A DNA stretch of 64,000 bases, taken from Octopus bimaculoides. Lineage: Eukaryota. Location of the stretch: the NCBI RefSeq assembly GCF_001194135.2, contig NC_068993.1, positions 45,182,466-45,246,465 on the forward strand. The letters run 5' to 3'. A program made the translations under genes and the position numbers. Shown piece by piece: positions 13,123 through 25,599 of the stretch; position 1 is the first letter of the stretch, and each line of letters opens with the position of its first letter. A model generated the notes under the pieces. It did not search any database and was not told the origin of the DNA. It was given only the letters and a program-made list of their open reading frames with translations.

Positions 13123-13889
13123 NNNNNNNNNNNNNNNNNNNNNNNNNNNNNNNNNNNNNNNNNNNNNNNNNNNNNNNNNNNNNNNNNNNNNNNNNNNNNN
13201 NNNNNNNNNNNNNNNNNNNNNNNNNNNNNNNNNNNNNNNNNNNNNNNNNNNNNNNNNNNNNNNNNNNNNNNNNNNNNNNNNNNNNNNNNNNNNNNNNNNN
13301 NNNNNNNNNNNNNNNNNNNNNNNNNNNNNNNNNNNNNNNNNNNNNNNNNNNNNNNNNNNNNNNNNNNNNNNNNNNNNNNNNNNNNNNNNNNNNNNNNNNN
13401 NNNNNNNNNNNNNNNNNNNNNNNNNNNNNNNNNNNNNNNNNNNNNNNNNNNNNNNNNNNNNNNNNNNNNNNNNNNNNNNNNNNNNNNNNNNNNNNNNNNN
13501 NNNNNNNNNNNNNNNNNNNNNNNNNNNNNNNNNNNNNNNNNNNNNNNNNNNNNNNNNNNNNNNNNNNNNNNNNNNNNNNNNNNNNNNNNNNNNNNNNNNN
13601 NNNNNNNNNNNNNNNNNNNNNNNNNNNNNNNNNNNNNNNNNNNNNNNNNNNNNNNNNNNNNNNNNNNNNNNNNNNNNNNNNNNNNNNNNNNNNNNNNNNN
13701 NNNNNNNNNNNNNNNNNNNNNNNNNNNNNNNNNNNNNNNNNNNNNNNNNNNNNNNNNNNNNNNNNNNNNNNNNNNNNNNNNNNNNNNNNNNNNNNNNNNN
13801 NNNNNNNNNNNNNNNNNNNNNNNNNNNNNNNNNNNNNNNNNNNNNNNGTATATGTAAATATGCAAAGGTATGTATATATAGAGATAGAG

Positions 13890-13956
<67 letters not shown>

Positions 13957-14913
13957 CGCGTGTATGTATGTGTGTGTGTGTGTGTGTGTAGATATGCAGA
14001 AGTATATGAATTCCCCAGTATAAATTATTTTTATTTCTATGTCCTCAATCAAGTTAGAACCTGATAGACAAAATTGGTGTAGTTTATTCCTGCCACGGAG
14101 TGAAATGAGTTTCTAAGAGAAAAGATGGCGTATATGTGTGTATGCACGTGTGTATGTATGTATGTATGTATGTATGTATGTATGTNNNNNNNNNNNNNNN
14201 NNNNNNNNNNNNNNNNNNNNNNNNNNNNNNNNNNNNNNNNNNNNNNNNNNNNNNNNNNNNNNNNNNNNNNNNNNNNNNNNNNNNNNNNNNNNNNNNNNNN
14301 NNNNNNNNNNNNNNNNNNNNNNNNNNNNNNNNNNNNNNNNNNNNNNNNNNNNNNNNNNNNNNNNNNNNNNNNNNNNNNNNNNNNNNNNNNNNNNNNNNNN
14401 NNNNNNNNNNNNNNNNNNNNNNNNNNNNNNNNNNNNNNNNNNNNNNNNNNNNNNNNNNNNNNNNNNNNNNNNNNNNNNNNNNNNNNNNNNNNNNNNNNNN
14501 NNNNNNNNNNNNNNNNNNNNNNNNNNNNNNNNNNNNNNNNNNNNNNNNNNNNNNNNNNNNNNNNNNNNNNNNNNNNNNNNNNNNNNNNNNNNNNNNNNNN
14601 NNNNNNNNNNNNNNNNNNNNNNNNNNNNNNNNNNNNNNNNNNNNNNNNNNNNNNNNNNNNNNNNNNNNNNNNNNNNNNNNNNNNNNNNNNNNNNNNNNNN
14701 NNNNNNNNNNNNNNNNNNNNNNNNNNNNNNNNNNNNNNNNNNNNNNNNNNNNNNNNNNNNNNNNNNNNNNNNNNNNNNNNNNNNNNNNNNNNNNNNNTAT
14801 ATACATACATATATTTCGAAACGTAAAAGACTTCCTCACTTCCCGGGCGTTAAATTAATACATCTGTTTGTTGTTTACACACCCGTCTTCGTCTTCTGTT
14901 TATTTGCAAATTC

Positions 14914-14948
<35 letters not shown>

Positions 14949-15039
14949 GTATATGCACATACATAAACACACAAACATTCACTTATATTAACTGGTTGAA
15001 GTCACACTAGAGACATACAATATATTCCAGAAAGTATTT

Positions 15040-16400
15040 AAAAAATCAACATGGACTACAACAGTCATTTCAGCTTCAGTGTTTCCTAGCTTCTTATTGG
15101 TACCAACTTGAAGTGGAGATAACCACTTGATGCAGCATCATCCCGGTGTCCTTCTTTGCATTGGCAATAAATAAGCTCATCATCTCAGTAAAAAAGAAGT
15201 ACTTGAACTTCCTCAGCAGGACATGAATAACGAAGCCATCCATTAGAGCTTTCAAGGCTAACCTCAAGGTGATAACAACAACAATGTAGAGAGCCGTATA
15301 GATCCCTCCAGGTGCTAGAGAAGCCTGTAGCATGGGCACGAGTGAATTTCAAACTTTCAAAGTCTCGGTGTATAGTTTTGATGAAGGCAGATGACCATAT
15401 CCTGTCTGTACCTGGAAAAATCAGTGAAGAGTCTTGGATAGGTCTTCAACTACAATTATGGCATCGACTAGAGCAGACCTAGACGGACAGCTGGAAGCTG
15501 TAGAAAAGTCTGTATTACCAGGAATATTCAAGGCTTGGGTATAACAGCACAGGATCCTCCCAAGAATCCTCTGATCTCTGTGCATCTATGGAACCTCTAT
15601 GTCAAAATGGTGAGCTTAAAATGTAAGGTGAGCAGCCATCTTCGCAGAGGAGTGGATTTGTCTCATCGATTGAGCAATATTGGGCTACAAAGAAGTAGCA
15701 AGAAACTCAAGTTTTCGTTTAGCTCTGTCAAGGAAAAATTCACGGTGACACGGGCACAAGGACACCTGCAGAACACCGGTTCAAATGTCATCAAAGTGCC
15801 TGGTTCAGGGATTGCAGCGACAATAGAGGAAGAGGTAGGAAACCGATGAAGTCCAACAGGCCGTAGAGCAGTTTGAAGCGCAAGATTTTTGTTGCTGTTT
15901 GGTACAGGATAGGTCCGAACTCGGAAGTAAAACGACAACCTGATATGATGCGGATAGCAAGAGAGGAGATGCGGAAGTTGGAGTAGGAGGATTTGTGAAA
16001 ATCGGTGAAAGAAAAACGAGCAAGTAGAGCGGAAGGGATTGTAACTTGGCAGTATAACTTGAAATGAAATCCTCAGAGGATCAAGATCATGATCCACAGA
16101 ACCTGTGATATCCTCCCGACTTCATCCAATCTGTTCACATGATGCATAATAAAAACAACTACATGTACTTTGTAATCTGAGGCAGAGACTTTCGAACACA
16201 TCCCAAGCAACATTCTCCAAAGGCGAGGAACACTATTATTGGAGATACACTTGAATACTAAACATCATTGCTGAGGTCATCAGCAAGGAGGTTATGATAG
16301 TGGAAATGCCCACATTACAGTCAGAAAGAAAAACTTTGTTAAGGTGGGAGAGCAACCGAAAAGGAAAAACTAAAAAAAGAAAAAAAGCAGGAAAAGCTTC
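15040..16400 (+). mobile_element. Decayed Hero-like non-LTR retrotransposon (RT through zinc-knuckle region)
   Basis: Collinear frame-shifted motifs: QLEVEITT*CSI..FALAINKL, PSIRAFKAN (AFMDD position, catalytic residues lost), WARVNFKLSKSR, KSVKSLG, SVLPGIFKAWV*QHRILPRIL, KVSSHLRR, DILPTSSNL, ETFEHI, YYWRY. Clade assignment is from recalled motif similarity. Confidence 0.8.
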
Positions 16401-16663
16401 GATCGATGAGAGTGTTTGTTGTAAGAATCGAATCACTCTAACTTCAAGATACAAAACTGACAATGTGTCCAAGATATGTACATGTATGTAGAACAAAATA
16501 CAACACACACACACGCACACGCACACACACACATACACACACACACGCACCCCCCACACATCTGTCCTACGCTGTCCTATGCCCACGATACTTTAAGTCG
16601 TGCGGAATGTTAATAAATGCATGCAACTCCAACCAAATATGTTGAGTGCTACTTTCTTGTTTG

Positions 16664-16712
<49 letters not shown>

Positions 16713-16777
16713 GTACTATCTCTCTTTCTCTCTTTCTCTCTGTCTCTATCTCTCTGCCTATCTCTCTCTATCTATCA

Positions 16778-16839
<62 letters not shown>

Positions 16840-17409
16840 ATGTGTGTGTGTGTGTGTGTCTGTGTGTATGCACGTCATTTTCAGTAAGGAGTACAAGCGC
16901 TTGCAGCATTAAAGTAACAATTACAAAGTGGATATGTTTTATTTGTGTAGGATATGATTCTGCTGTTGAATTTCGTGATAAAAGCTACAGCATTAATTGT
17001 ATAACAGCAGGCTCCATTGAATTGTGTTTCCTAAAAGAGCTAACGATGTTTGTGGCTTAGTGGAAAACTCTACAAAGATATTGAATTTGAAATGTTTGTA
17101 GCGATCTGAGAACGTATAATTAAACAAAGAGTGAGTTAATCCATAGAAATTCCTGTTTCCTATTGTTACGTTTTATGACACTAATATTATCGTGTATGTA
17201 TTGAATTTTGTCAGTACAATTACTATCGTATAACTCTGCATTCATTATAAAGTTGTACACTACTACTAAATGAGGCCCTGTCAGAAGATAAATGCTTCAT
17301 ATATTTCCTTTTCTTTTCTTTATCGATTTTGTCCCAAATAAAGCTTGAGACCACTGTAGTGTAAGGGAATAAAAAAAGAAACAAAAGAAGTGGCTTACAA
17401 ATTCAAAAG

Positions 17410-17850
17410 ATGTCGATTGACAGAAAACATAAAGGACTGATTATCGTTGATCAGAGAAAAACAAGACAATGGTAGTGAGATCCAGAGAGCAGCAATTAGA
17501 AGAAAGAAGCTATTAGAATAAAAGGACTTATGACTAACGGGAAGCTCAACAGAAAAACGATGTGCCTGGGAAGAGAAGCAGGTGACACGTTTAAAGGTTT
17601 TGACAGAGGTTCTAGACCAGAAAGTTCATCAGAGCAATGACGATAGAAATACATATAATATAGCCACAACGAAGATACATTTCGATGATGAGCACAAAAC
17701 TCCAGCCTAGTAGGAAAAAAGAGGACCCATCATGCTAAAGAACTCAATTATGAATTCGATCAAGCAAGTTAAAGCATTCAGAGGAGATCTTAGCTTAAAG
17801 ATGACAGCAGTATTCAATGTAAAGTCGAATGGTGACTTTATAGAGATATA
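17410..17850 (+). mobile_element. Highly decayed RTE-like LINE inter-domain fragment
   Basis: GPIMLKNSIMNSIKQVKA resembles the GPxILxSEVxxAIKxMKxGKA pre-RT motif. Confidence 0.4.
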
Positions 17851-17853
17851 AGG

Positions 17854-18216
17854 TGGAGGCGCAATGGCCCAGTGGTTAGGGCAGCGGACTCACGGTCACA
17901 GGATCGCGGTTTCGATTCCCAGACCGGGCGTTGTGAGTGTTTATTGAGCGAAAACACCTAAAGCTCCACGAGGCTCCGGCAGAGGATGGTGGCGAACCCT
18001 GCTGTACTCTTTCTCTCACTCTTACTTCCTGTTTCTGTTGTGCCTGTAATTCAAATGGTCAGCCTTGTCACACTGTGTCACGCTGAATATCCCCGAGAAC
18101 TACGTTAAGGGTACACGTGTCTGTGGATTACTCAGCCACTTGCACGTTAATTTCACGAGCAGGCTGTTCCGTTGATCGGATCAACTGGAACCCTCAACGT
18201 CGTAAGCGACGGAGTG
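17854..18216 (+). mobile_element. SINE family C, near full length
   Basis: A box TGGCCCAGTGG, B box GGTTTCGATTCC, tail ...GTCGTAAGCGACGGAGTG. The head is repeated at 31874-31990. Confidence 0.9.
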
Positions 18217-18369
18217 AATGTCAGAAGCATTGGTTTAGAGTTGTTTGTTTAAATTTTGGACGATGCTCGGTAAATTTTCATAGTGTTTCTTAGAAAGTAA
18301 TTATTTGTTAGTACTTAAATTTAAAATGGTCTCCAGAAAGTTAACGGCATTAATATTAGTATCGACTAT

Positions 18370-18692
18370 GAAGGCGTATGGCTAAGTGATTAGGATAATC
18401 GTCTCACGACCGTAAGGTCGTAAGTTCGATACCTGGTGGTATGTTGTGTCCTTGAGCAAGACACTTCATTTCACGTTGTTGCAGCTCACTCAGGTAACAG
18501 ACACGAGTAGTTTCTGTATTCCAGAGGGGCAGACTTGTCATATTCTGTGTGACGCTGAATATCCCCGAGAACTACGTTAAGGTCACGCGTGTCTGTGGAG
18601 TACTCAGCCACTTGCACGTTAATTTCACGAGCAGGCTGTTCTGTTGATCCGATCAACGGAACCCTTGTCATGGTAATCCACGGGGTGCCAGT
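18370..18692 (+). mobile_element. SINE with a family D head and a family C tail
   Basis: The head and CORE-like segment (GTGTCCTTGAGCAAGACACTTCATTTCAC) match 10089-10210; 18530-18690 matches 18060-18216. Confidence 0.85.
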
Positions 18693-19861
18693 GAAAAAAA
18701 TCGACCGAAATTGTTGGATCTAGTCCCTTAAGTGTAGTTTGAAAATTTTCCTAAATCTATCTAAATTGACAACGTTGATATTACACGAGCCCATTATGTC
18801 TTCAGTTAGATTCCCCTACTTGTAAGGTGAAGGTGTGTAGAGTCACAAGGGAGCTATGTGTTAGTTGAAGAGGTGTAAATGTATTGGTCAAGTCCAAATA
18901 ACTAAATATCTTGTTTAGATCCAGATCAATACAAGCCAAATAGAACTATGATCAAAGCCAATCTAGCCATGGCTATTCCATCTTATTTTTCCCCAGACAT
19001 TGTATCTACGATTACATTCTCTAATGTATACTTTTAAAGATGTATGGGTGTGATCTGAAAGAATCGTGGCTGCTAATTATTGCAGATATAGAGACAAAAG
19101 CGCTCTCTGACTGCTGAAACATTTTGTTTGTAATCAGTGGTAGCGCTATAAAACTATTGAGTGTTTTGTTGCTTTGTAGTATATCATCAAAATTTCAATC
19201 CTTTCTGTAAAAGCTCTGTGCAATGGACCAGCGATGTTTTTGGTTCAGTCGGAGGTAGGGCGGTGCTGGGGACACATAATTCTCGTTCGTTGAATGCTAT
19301 TAACCTGTCGGCAGAAGGGCAAAGAGTAAGCGGAAAAGTAGAATGACAAAGAAGGCCAGCGGCTGAATATAAATGTGGTAGCACATTGATGAGTTGGAAA
19401 ACGGCCAAAGCAACAGCATTGTGAGGAACAGGTTGGCTAAAAGGCGTAGAAAGTTTTATGCGCCTTGTAGCGGGGACGGAATTAAATTTAAACTAAACCC
19501 GTTTCTACAAATTAATGGCTCTCTGCCAATGTAGGAAAAAATCAATAAATAATTTCTAAATCAAAACACCAATCAATTCATAATTATTTTTGTTAATAAT
19601 AATTCATAAACTCGATACTCTATCATACCTTTAGGAAGAACACTATAGTTGATTTAATCACCATTACTTATTGATTATTACGTTTTGTTAATGTTTTGGT
19701 TTGGCGGAAGGAACAATGCCCATTGTCTTTGCATGTACTCCAAGACCAATGACATCAATGTCAGCTTTGCGTTCATCAAAAGTTAAGAACTGTGTACTAC
19801 TGGGATCGATTGAACCGTCTAATACTCTCCATTTCTAAATTAAATCATATTTTTTTTCTTC

Positions 19862-20065
19862 CATAATGCAACAAATCGATATTTATCGTGTCGAATGGTC
19901 TTACTGTTGAAAATACGCTCCTGGCGAATTAAGTACAGGGCCCGGTTTCGTTCTCGTTAGATGTTAGTTTATTTCGAATATAATATTAATGCTTTTTGGA
20001 AAGGCATGAACGTCATAATATCATTTCGCTATTTCTCCGAAAACGATGGATCGACGCAGTTAATA
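19862..20065. repeat. Unclassified interspersed repeat (~200-230 bp), copy 1
   Basis: Aligns with 21197-21385 (ATAAT.CAACAAATC.ATATT...GTGTCGAATGGT...GCTTTTTGGAAAG.CAT.AACGTC.TAATAT). Confidence 0.75.
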
Positions 20066-20160
20066 CTCTCACTCAAATAGTAAATAACTAACTGTGCATA
20101 TTAAACTGTATTAAGTACTTTATTGAATAGCAATTTTCTAAGTTTTATAACTGAGATTAC

Positions 20161-20194
<34 letters not shown>

Positions 20195-20419
20195 CAATCT
20201 GGAATACTACAGTTTGACGGTAGCAGGACAAATCACTTGCATGTCGAGAATTCGAGAGGGTTGACATTCTGGGAAGGAATTTGGGAGGTGGATACAAAAT
20301 TGGGATGAAAAACCGTTTTGGACAGAAAATGTCAAAGGCGGCCCGTGGGATACGAACCCACATTTCCCGTGTGGAGGGGCGTGGTCTATTTGCTAGGTTG
20401 TTGTACTCGTGATAGTAAG

Positions 20420-20595
20420 TTTGTGCTCGTAAGCAAAACACTTCATTTAACGTTGCTGCAGTCCATTTAACTGGCGAAAAAGAGTAATGCTGCGACAGAC
20501 CGACGTCCTGTCCAGTGGGAATATATGCGCCATGGAAACCGAGAAACCCGCCCTGTGGGTCTATATGACTCGGGAAGGACCCTTAATCTATTTTA
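20420..20595 (+). mobile_element. SINE D body lacking its head
   Basis: AGCAAAACACTTCATTTAACG...ATGCTGCGACAGACCGACGTCCTGTCCAG...TATGACTCGGGAAGG matches 10180-10330. Confidence 0.75.
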
Positions 20596-20614
20596 ATCTT
20601 TTTTTAATAACTCA

Positions 20615-20826
20615 ACGAGCTAGAAGAGTCGTTGGAATACCGGGCAAAATGCGTAGGGACTTTTCCTCCGTGTTTACGTTCTGAATTCAAATTCCACCGA
20701 GATCAGCTTTGCTTTTCATCTTTTCGGGGTCGATAAAATTAAGTACCAGTTGAACACTGGGGTTGATGTAATCCACTTAACCCCTCACTCGAAATTGCTG
20801 TCCTTGTGCCAAAATTTGAAATCATT
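20615..20826 (+). mobile_element. SINE B
   Basis: Family B blocks; ends GTGCCAAAATTTGAAATCATTATT. Confidence 0.85.
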
Positions 20827-21196
20827 ATTTATAGTTTCATGTGTTTCGAGATCCACTGTTCCTAAAAAGATATATATGTGTGTGCGTTTGTACACACACA
20901 CACACACAATGGGTATTATTAGGAGATGTTGGTCAACCCAAAACTATAACAAAAGGCACTTGTCCAAATGGCAGCAGAGTGGGGGAGAAAGCCAGAACCA
21001 TGTGGTTGCAAAATGAACGTCGTAACCTCACGGCCTATGATCTGAGTTCAAATGCCATCAGTGTCAATTTTGTGTTTCATCCCTCTGAAGATCGATAACT
21101 TAAAAACTAGCTTTGGTATTGAGATCGATCGAATTCACTAGTGCTTCTACTCTTCATTTAAATTATGTTTGTTTGAGCTATAATACAACAAATCAA

Positions 21197-21385
21197 TATT
21201 TATTGTGTCGAATGGTGTTACTACTGAAGATACGCTCATGAAAAGTCGAGGCCAAGAACAGGTTTCGATTCTTGTTAGATGCCAGTTTATTTCATTTATA
21301 ACGTCAATGCTTTTTGGAAAGCCATAAACGTCGTAATATTATTTCTTTCTCTAATTCCTTCAAATGATGGAAATGCTGTGCATAA
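21197..21385. repeat. Unclassified interspersed repeat, copy 2
   Basis: Direct-orientation paralogue of 19862-20065. Confidence 0.75.
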
Positions 21386-21509
21386 AACACTAGAAATACA
21401 ATGTCTCACAAGGGCCACACAGAAATGTTTGCAATTTATCATGTGTTCGCTTCAGACCTAGGTATTTGCGTTTAAAATGTGTCCCTTCATTATGAGCTAC
21501 CCTGTTTAA

Positions 21510-21690
21510 GGAGGTGAGCTGGCACAATCGTTAGAGTGTCGGGAAAATGCTTAGTGGTATTTGTTCTGGGTCTTTACATTCTGAATTCAAAGTCAGCCTA
21601 TGTTAACTTTATTTTTCATCCCTCCGGGGTCGAGAAATTAAATTAGTAGTCAAGTACTGGGGTCGATATAATCGACTTAGCCCATCCCGG
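21510..21690 (+). mobile_element. SINE B, 3' truncated
   Basis: GGAGGTGAGCTGGCACAATCGTTAG...GGGGTCGATATAATCGAC. Confidence 0.8.
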
Positions 21691-21799
21691 TACTCTGAAA
21701 TACTATAAGGATTCTGTAGCCTTGTCAGAAATATAACTGAATCTTTATGATTAGTCGTAAATAAAATGGTTTAGTCGGAAATAAAATAATTTAGTTCAA

Positions 21800-22140
21800 A
21801 CGTAAAATCTGTGCTTTTGTATGGCTCTGAAACATGGAGAGCCACCTGCAGCAACTACCAGAAGATTCAGGCTTTCATCAACAATATCTCCGGCAGATCC
21901 TCCATCTGAAATGATTCGACAGAGTGCCAAACACCGACCTGTGGGAAAGGGCCAACCAGGAGCCCATACATGTTCAGATTAGACGAAGGAAATGGAGATG
22001 GATCGGACACACACTGCGGAAAAACCCCTCAAATGTGACACGACAAGCACTTGACTGGAACCCGCAGGGGAAAAAGAAGCGAGGACGCCCAAAGCAGACA
22101 TGGAAGCGGAGCGTTTTGGACGAGCTCAAGACCACCAGAA
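21800..22140 (+). mobile_element. RTE-clade LINE 3' coding fragment
   Basis: SVLLYGSETWR...NTDLWERANQEPIHVQIRRRKWRWIGHTLRK...ALDWNPQGKKKRGRPKQTWKRS, the typical RTE C-terminus. Confidence 0.9.
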
Positions 22141-22339
22141 CTGACAGTCAATCAATAGAATCTTTGGGAAAAGATTTATGCATTAATGGATGATTATAGA
22201 TCTTGGTGGAAGGAGCATTATTTGATGTGTTTAAAACTTAGCACTTAAATTCTCATCCTTTCTTTGCAGTACTCGGCGGCGAACCCATTTCGTGCAAGTT
22301 GGAGATTATCTTGTCGTCTGCAAACATCAGCTAACCGGT

Positions 22340-22560
22340 TCTACATGAACATGTAATTAGAATATCGCAAGAAAGTATTGCAAAACGAATTCTTCAAGCA
22401 TAGACAATCGGCAGGAGATAGGGGTAGACCAAGAAGAAGATGAGTGGATAATATCCATAGTCTCAGAAAGTCATACTTGGGAATGATGGTTATCTCTGAT
22501 AGAACTCTATGAAGGAAGTGCCTGAGGACTCTACCCCCACGATTCTCTCAGAAATCGAAT
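22340..22560 (+). mobile_element. Second, older RTE 3' fragment
   Basis: HVIRISQESIAKRILQA*TIGRR/RGRPRRR*VDNI. Confidence 0.6.
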
Positions 22561-22924
22561 GGTGGACAGAGTGAACAGATGGATGGAAAACACAGTGCTG
22601 AAAAATCAATATCAGGGTTCGTTTTTACAAGTTTCCATCCACTTCTTGCAAGCCTTCCCAAAATATTTCTGTTTATATCAGTTACCTGTACCTATAAGAG
22701 GCGTCTATTTAAATCTGGGAGGGTGGAGATGAGTCACAGGTTTGGTGTGAGAGCATATGAGCTAGTGGATTTTCTTGGTCGTGCATTTGAGCCTTCGCTG
22801 ACTCAACTACATGCGAACTGGAGCAGAATCAGTGTTAGATAAAATGCATTGTGGAATTTATTCCATTAAGATTCCAGTTGCATCAACAGCAGTAGTGTAG
22901 CCGGCATTCACAAACTACAGTAAT

Positions 22925-23185
22925 ATTGGTTTCAAATTTTGGCACAAGACCAGAGAAACGGCAGTAATATTGATTTCACATTTTGGCACGAGACCAGAAA
23001 TTTCGAGGAATGGGCTAAGTCGACTATATTGATTCCAGTACACAACTGGTACTTATTTTATCGACCCCGAAAGAGATGAAAGGCAAAGTCGACCTCGACG
23101 GCATTTGAACTCAGAACGTAATGACGAACGAAATTCTCTAAGCATTTTCCCCGCGTGCTAACGATTCTGCCAGCTCGCCGCCTTA
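22925..23185 (-). mobile_element. SINE B with a tandemly duplicated 3' terminus
   Basis: Reverse-complement family B; the ~44-bp block AATATTG.TTTCA.ATTTTGGCAC.AGACCAGA occurs twice. Confidence 0.9.
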
Positions 23186-23204
23186 CAACTATTAATAATA
23201 TTAC

Positions 23205-23410
23205 TGCCTCTAAAGCTGGTAGAATCATTAGCACGCGGGGAAAATGCTTAGCAGCAATCGTTATGTTCTGAGATCAAGTTTCGCCGAGGTCAGCTTTGCT
23301 TTTCATTCTTCCGGGGTCGATAAAATAAGTACTTATTGAACATTGGGTTCTACGGAATCGGCTTACCGTCTTCCCCGATATTACTGGCCTTGTGCCAAAA
23401 TTTGAAACCA
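23205..23410 (+). mobile_element. SINE B, head-to-head with the previous copy
   Basis: AGCTGGTAGAATCATTAGCACGCGGGG...GTGCCAAAATTTGAAACC. Confidence 0.85.
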
Positions 23411-23414
23411 GTGT

Positions 23415-23459
23415 TAACAATCGTTATCGTGATGGTAATGGTGGTGATACTACTACTAT

Positions 23460-23497
<38 letters not shown>

Positions 23498-24030
23498 GTA
23501 GTAGTAGTAGTAGAAATAAAATGAGAAGCTGTGGAAGCTAGCATAAGAAACAACAGTAGTAGAGTAATCATCATCATCATCCTCAGCAACAGTAGTAGTA
23601 GTAGTTGTAGTAGGATGAGGAGGAGGAGATCTACAATAGAAACAACTGCAGTAGGAACATCACCACCATCAGAAGCAGCAACAGCTATAGTAGTCGAAGT
23701 AGTCGTCGTCGTAGGAACTGCAGTTGTCAACTGCAGTAGTTGTAGAAGTTGTGGCAGCAGCGGCAGCTGTAGTATAGTAGTAGTAGTAATAGTGGAGTTT
23801 GCAGTAGAAACAATAAAAGCAGCAGTAGAGACTATTGCTGGCAGTCTCTGCTGGTGCTGCTGCAACGTTGACAGCAGTAGTAGTAATAGTGCTTGCAGTA
23901 GAAAAACAGCAAGCAGAAGTCGTAACGGCAGTAGTAAGAATCTGCAATAGTAGTAGTAGCAGTAGTAGCAGGAGTAGCAGGAGAGCAGAGTCAGCAGAGA
24001 AAGAACAACAGCAGCAACTGCAGCAGTCGT
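23415..24030. repeat. Degenerate (ACT)n/(AGT)n/(AGC)n low-complexity tract
   Basis: Trinucleotide mosaic; open in several frames, as expected for such repeats. Confidence 0.9.
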
Positions 24031-24893
24031 ACAATGAATTTTGATTGGTTAGTGTATATATATATATATATATATATATNNNNNNNNNNNNNNNNNNNNN
24101 NNNNNNNNNNNNNNNNNNNNNNNNNNNNNNNNNNNNNNNNNNNNNNNNNNNNNNNNNNNNNNNNNNNNNNNNNNNNNNNNNNNNNNNNNNNNNNNNNNNN
24201 NNNNNNNNNNNNNNNNNNNNNNNNNNNNNNNNNNNNNNNNNNNNNNNNNNNNNNNNNNNNNNNNNNNNNNNNNNNNNNNNNNNNNNNNNNNNNNNNNNNN
24301 NNNNNNNNNNNNNNNNNNNNNNNNNNNNNNNNNNNNNNNNNNNNNNNNNNNNNNNNNNNNNNNNNNNNNNNNNNNNNNNNNNNNNNNNNNNNNNNNNNNN
24401 NNNNNNNNNNNNNNNNNNNNNNNNNNNNNNNNNNNNNNNNNNNNNNNNNNNNNNNNNNNNNNNNNNNNNNNNNNNNNNNNNNNNNNNNNNNNNNNNNNNN
24501 NNNNNNNNNNNNNNNNNNNNNNNNNNNNNNNNNNNNNNNNNNNNNNNNNNNNNNNNNNNNNNNNNNNNNNNNNNNNNNNNNNNNNNNNNNNNNNNNNNNN
24601 NNNNNNNNNNNNNNNNNNNNNNNNNNNNNNNNNNNNNNNNNNNNNNNNNNNNNNNNNNNNNNNNNNNNNNNNNNNNNNNNNNNNNNNNNNNNNNNNNNNN
24701 NNNNNNNNNNNNNNNNNNNNNNNNNNNNNNNNNNNNNNNNNNNNNNNNNNNNNNNNNNNNNNNNNNNNNNNNNNNNNNNNNNNNNNNNNNNNNNNNNNNN
24801 NNNNNNNNNNNNNNNNNNNNNNNNNNNNNNNNNNNNNNNNNNNNNNNNNNNNNNNNNNNNNNNNNNNNNNNNNNNNNNNNNTATGTATGTACA

Positions 24894-24924
<31 letters not shown>

Positions 24925-25159
24925 AAAGAATGAGGTAAAGTGACCAATGGCATAAATAAATTTATATTTTATGTAGAATGTCTTACAGCTGTTTCAGGGA
25001 AAATTCAATGTATCCCTTCATCGGAGACGGTAATAGTAGAAGTTAAGGATTATTAAATCTGTATGAGGAGACTTGCAGTAAGAAATGAGAGCGATGCGGA
25101 GAAGAAAAAACAAAAAAGAAGAAAAAGTACTTGGAGTATAGTTCCATTCCAAAAGTAAA

Positions 25160-25395
25160 TATCCATGAAAAGATGAAAGGTAAAGTCGACCTCGGCGGAA
25201 TTTGAACTCAGAACGTAACGACAGACGAAATACGGCGAAGCATTTCTCGCGGCGTGCTAACGTTTCTGCCAGCTCGTCGCCTAGTGCCTGTAGAGTGCTC
25301 ATTCACATGTACGTTAATTTCACGAATAGACTCGTTCCGTTGATCGAATCAACTGGAACTCTGGTCGTCGCAACTGACGGAGTGCCAGTTGCTAG
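25160..25395. mobile_element. SINE B head (-) abutting a family C-type tail (+)
   Basis: 25160-25282 is reverse family B; 25285-25392 matches 18125-18216. Confidence 0.8.
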
Positions 25396-25599
25396 TATTA
25401 TAGAATAAACAGTACATGTGTAAAAAAGTTGAACTTAATTAAGATATATTAGGCTGTCAGGACAATCATAAATGACAATCCTTTTAGACAATATCTTCCC
25501 CGGCTCCTTACATACTCGTCTTCTCCTCATGGTGAAACTAAACTAAAATACTGTTGTTTATAATTCTCTCGTGTATTTTAATCAAGTTTAATTAATTTA

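Noticed and set aside
17854-17930. Possible tRNA gene (also 10089, 18370, 31874)
   Set aside because: A and B boxes are present, but the sequence continues into SINE bodies and no complete cloverleaf forms.
19161-19408. Two short antiparallel ORFs in unique, more GC-rich sequence
   Set aside because: No motif or splice evidence; the lengths are within chance expectation.
23350-24044. Overlapping Q/S/T/L-rich ORFs on both strands
   Set aside because: Degenerate AGC/AGT repeats are open in several frames; there is no domain or splice support.
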